Below are positions 60,801-64,000 of a DNA stretch of 64,000 nucleotides, one piece after another. The notes beneath the pieces are model-generated. The model searched no databases. It saw nothing but the letters and a program-made list of their open reading frames with translations, and had not been told where the DNA came from. This stretch comes from Harriotta raleighana (taxonomy: Eukaryota), in NCBI GenBank assembly GCA_050575255.1, contig JBNZDD010013729.1, positions 12,539,576 to 12,603,575 on the forward strand. The letters are read 5' to 3'. The position numbers were made by a program, and so were the translations under genes. Each line of letters starts with the position of its first letter. Position 1 is the stretch's first letter.

Positions 60801-62893
60801 TGTGATTAAAATAGCACAACAAATTCTGAGTATCCCCACATAAAACAAATGTCATGATTTCCCTAGTGAATCCAGTTTAAGTAAATAATATAATGCTTCT
60901 TTTCTTTATTTAGAATACCTACTTACCCCACCAGGAGCTTGTATGGTTTGACTTGTAGCCTCAAATAGCTTTGCAGGTTTATCTCCCAATTTTGAATAGC
61001 TCTTTACAGAGGAGGAGCTGAAAGAGTGACCATTAGAATTGGAAGGCTGTTCATCCTATGGCAGAAAAGACATACTGTACTCTGAAATAAATAAACTGCT
61101 ACAGTTTTTCTCAGCTAGACTTTATCCCTACTCACTCAAAGAATTTATGAACTGCAGATTAAACATGACGACATATCGTTTAACTCCCTTAAATATACTC
61201 CTTTTAAGCAGCCAAACTTTTACAGTATTTATAAATGAATGTGACCATGCCTTTCTTGTAAAAAAAAGAGAGATTACTTAGCTTGTACAATCTTCCTGAT
61301 TCTTGAAATTGAAGCATTCTCCATACACCATTAGAAAGTGATTCACTAGAATTTTTATGTGGGTGTTGTCAGGGGAGAAACAACAACTTGCATTTATACC
61401 CGAGGCTGAGCCAGGGGTCGGGGAAGGTGACCTTAAGCGTGGGCGAAGAGAAAGGTCTTCAGGTGCATATAGAGTGGACCCAGTAGTGGAGGCAGTGGGT
61501 ATTGCTGTGAGTAGATTGGAGGTTAGAGAGATAGGGTGGGGTGCCGAGGAGTGGAGGGATTTAAACACAAGAATGAGGATCTGAGTTGATCTTCTCTGTG
61601 ACAGGGAGCCAGTGCAATTTGGCAAGAACTGGGGTAATCCGGGTATGAAGTTTGGTGCGGGTGAGAATGCTGGCGACGGAGTTTTAGATGAGCTGAATTT
61701 TATGGATGGTGGAGGAGGGGGTTGGAATAGAGTAGCCAAGAGGTGACAAAGTCATTGACCAAGGTTTCAGCAGCTTTTGGGGTGAGGTATTGACGGAGAT
61801 GGGCAATGTGGCAGAGATGGAAGAAAGCAGGGCTCGTAAGGGATTTAATGTGGGGGAGGAACGATAACTGGGGATTGAACCTGACACCTAAGTTGTGCAT
61901 GGGTTCAGAGAGTTTTAAGGACGGTCAGGTAGGTTGAAAAGGTTGGAACCATGGGACAGTTGACCGGAGCCAAAGCATATGGCTTCCAACCTTGTTGATC
62001 CTTAAGTGCAGGAAGGGAGGTAAGGGAGAAGAAATCCCAAGTAATACATCTAAAATAAACTCAGAATCTCATTTCTATTTGACAGGTCAGGGCTGACTGG
62101 TTGCAAGTTCTCATCAGATTCTACATTAATGATCCAGTTGCATGGCATTGGAGGTGTTAATCACATTGCTAAGAATCACTAGAGGTTCAAGGGAAAAGGA
62201 CTGAAGGAGTGGAGAGGTGTCTTTAAGGCTTGACAAGATTTGGACTTGGATTATAGAAGAAAACTGTGACTTCTGCTTTCAGGTTCTGGTGTCAGAAGAA
62301 GCTGAGTGTTAAGATGTATAATTTGAGATAGATGTTTCATTGATCCTGACAGGTAAACACAGTTTTTTCTTCCTAAACATCTCAGAAATATTATGTTCTT
62401 GAACAATTGGGAGGACAGAAAAATCCTATATATATGCTGCATTTATCTTTGTTGTGCTTGTCTGAATGGAACCTGAAACAAGAGTTTCTAGGCATTGGGC
62501 AGTGCAAATGTTATAGAACATTTGAAACAATGATTACATTGTGAATGAGTTAAAGAAGCTATCTTGTTACCGAACTATTAAGGAAATTTTAAAACTAACC
62601 ATTGCAGTACCAAGTAATGAATTGGACAAATAGATCATTAAATAAATACATTTGCTAGATCTTTACAAACAAAATAAACTTGGATCAGAAAACATTAATA
62701 GATTATGAGCAAAACATAACTAACGTGACAGAACCTTCAGTGGTGTATAGAGGATTCAAAATTAAGAAGGATGGCATGTGCTTTGGTATATAAATTAGAC
62801 TATACTTACAAATATTCCACGCCCGTCAAACATTCTCTTCATCATGCTAGATATGTTCTCCGTGTGCTTGAATGGGTCCATTGGCTCAGCAAT
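57715..62893 (-). CDS. MLF1: MLF1 myeloid leukemia factor 1, 3' exons (5' end outside window)
   Basis: Exons 62810-62893, 60927-61055, 58196-58355, 57715-57869; motifs GHSFSSSSV, QAPGGIKE, IGHHIRDRGHVI, NQEFIN, AFDQEW; syntenic with GFM1. Confidence 0.92.
58196..58355 (-). CDS. MLF1: MLF1 exon
   Basis: IKEIRKTVRNSDTGEDKFTIGHHIRDRGHVIERSKNKQSGASEVNQEFINVDE. Confidence 0.93.
59027..59325 (-). mobile_element. tRNA-derived SINE
   Basis: Same family. Confidence 0.85.
59890..60150 (+). mobile_element. CR1 LINE 3' end
   Basis: FFTQRVVDVWNSLP remnant and 3' UTR GATGGGCCGAATGGCCTACTCCTGCTCCTATTTCTTATG. Confidence 0.88.
60927..61055 (-). CDS. MLF1: MLF1 exon
   Basis: DEQPSNSNGHSFSSSSVKSYSKLGDKPAKLFEATSQTIQAPGG. 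Confidence 0.92.
61378..62015 (-). mobile_element. L2 LINE 3' fragment
   Basis: NLGVRFNPQLSFLPHI...AAETLV remnant plus tail; similar to 53070-55232. Confidence 0.85.
62810..62893 (-). CDS. MLF1: MLF1 exon (84 nt)
   Basis: IAEPMDPFKHTENISSMMKRMFDGRGIF; tag/gtaagt, phase 0. Confidence 0.75.
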
Positions 62894-62904
62894 CTATCAT
62901 AATA

Positions 62905-63209
62905 CAGTAAAACCCCGTTTATCTGGCACCCTTGGGGGGGTTGACTAATTGACTGTCGTATAAACAGGCGGCAAGTTGCCAAAAACCCAACATAAAAAAA
63001 TTAACTTATTTTAAAACATACCATGTTAATAATAGACTAAATAGTAACAAAATATTTGAATGGATACTTACCAATAAAGTATTCCAGCAAACTCAGTATA
63101 AAGATCGGTAAAAAAGTGAGCAAACTCGCGATTGCTGGAATGGGGAATTGCCCCGGGAGGGAGTCGAGCAATCCGGTTGATCAGGTCACGGATAAACAAG
63201 GTTTTACTG
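62905..63209. mobile_element. Tigger-type MITE beside an MLF1 acceptor
   Basis: TA-CAGTAAAACCCCGTTTATC...GATAAACAAGGTTTTACTG-TA. Confidence 0.85.
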
Positions 63210-63594
63210 TACACCAAATACATTGTGAGGAAGTAAGTGAAGTGGATTTAAATGCAATGGATGGCATCAACAGTGCACGATGATCCCCACTGTGAAATAG
63301 ATTTTACCTGGACGTCTGCTGCTTGCATTAGAAGAAAGATCAATGTAGGACTTCATGATAATCATCATATCACTAGGATGATACAAGGTATAAGACAATG
63401 TATTCTATATGAAGAAATACTGGCTAAACTGGGACTCTTTCCCCTGGAGTAGAGGAGTTTGAGAAGGGAAATTGAGGCAAGTTCAATCAGTCTGAAGGGA
63501 ATGCGATTCTATCCGAGCTGCAAATTATTAAGAGATAACGGGAATGAGATGTAAAGTAGGTTTAATAATGAAGGGTGATAAATAATAATAATCA

Positions 63595-63893
63595 TAATAA
63601 TAATCCTTGTATTTGATATAGTGGTTTTCACATCTTCTAGATGTCTCAAAGGGCACACAATATAGTGTATATTTATACGTGAAATATGACAGCCAATTGC
63701 ACACAGGAGTGTCCCACAAACGGACGTGGATTGAAATGACCAATTTTATTATAGGTTTTATTTTGAAGGATTATTATTAGGCGTGTGGAGTAAAGAAACT
63801 TGCCCACGGTTTCGCCCTGACCTGCCTGGATTCGAAACACAGGTCTTATACAGTTTATAAGATGAGTGCTCCAACCACTGAGCTACAGGACTT
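63595..63893 (-). mobile_element. tRNA-derived SINE
   Basis: Same family; further partial copies at about 4811-5021, 44770-44920, 49260-49442, 52790-52895, 55957-56213. Confidence 0.85.
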
Positions 63894-64000
63894 CACGATT
63901 AATCTCATGCTGTTCAATGGTTTCACAGTACATGGACAATGGACTTCATTGCTGTCAAATTAAAAAATGTTTTATTTTTCCAATACAAAATACATGTTAC

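Noticed and set aside
63307-63380. Possible further MLF1 exon ending at a gtaaaa donor
   Set aside because: No recognisable MLF1 similarity in the required phase, and it adjoins a CR1 remnant

Overview
Eukaryotic vertebrate genomic DNA. The repeat content (tRNA-head SINEs with a Deu-like core, L2- and CR1-clade LINEs, a palindromic Penelope-like repeat) points to a cartilaginous fish, probably the holocephalan Callorhinchus milii (inference). The window matches the human 3q25.32 block in reverse: the 3' part of MLF1 (-), complete 18-exon GFM1 (-, 745 aa), a 6-exon latexin/RARRES1-family gene (+, 272 aa) nested antisense in GFM1 intron 13, complete MFSD1 (-), and a single-exon P2Y-type GPCR (+, 326 aa) convergent with MFSD1. 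I traced all exons by hand; they have GT-AG boundaries and consistent phases. Main points: (1) the nested gene sits where LXN sits in human but has RARRES1/ovocalyxin-32-like features (signal peptide, acidic EGS-repeat tail), and no separate RARRES1 is visible; (2) MFSD1 has two extra in-frame terminal exons giving a 56-aa longer C-terminus; (3) the GPCR may be an intact orthologue of the human pseudogene GPR79; (4) a perfect ER8 nuclear-receptor element plus GAS and ISRE motifs lie upstream of the nested gene; (5) transposons are inserted right at splice sites. Several duplications flanking a single N are assembly artefacts. Comparisons with human genes are from memory, not from database searches.
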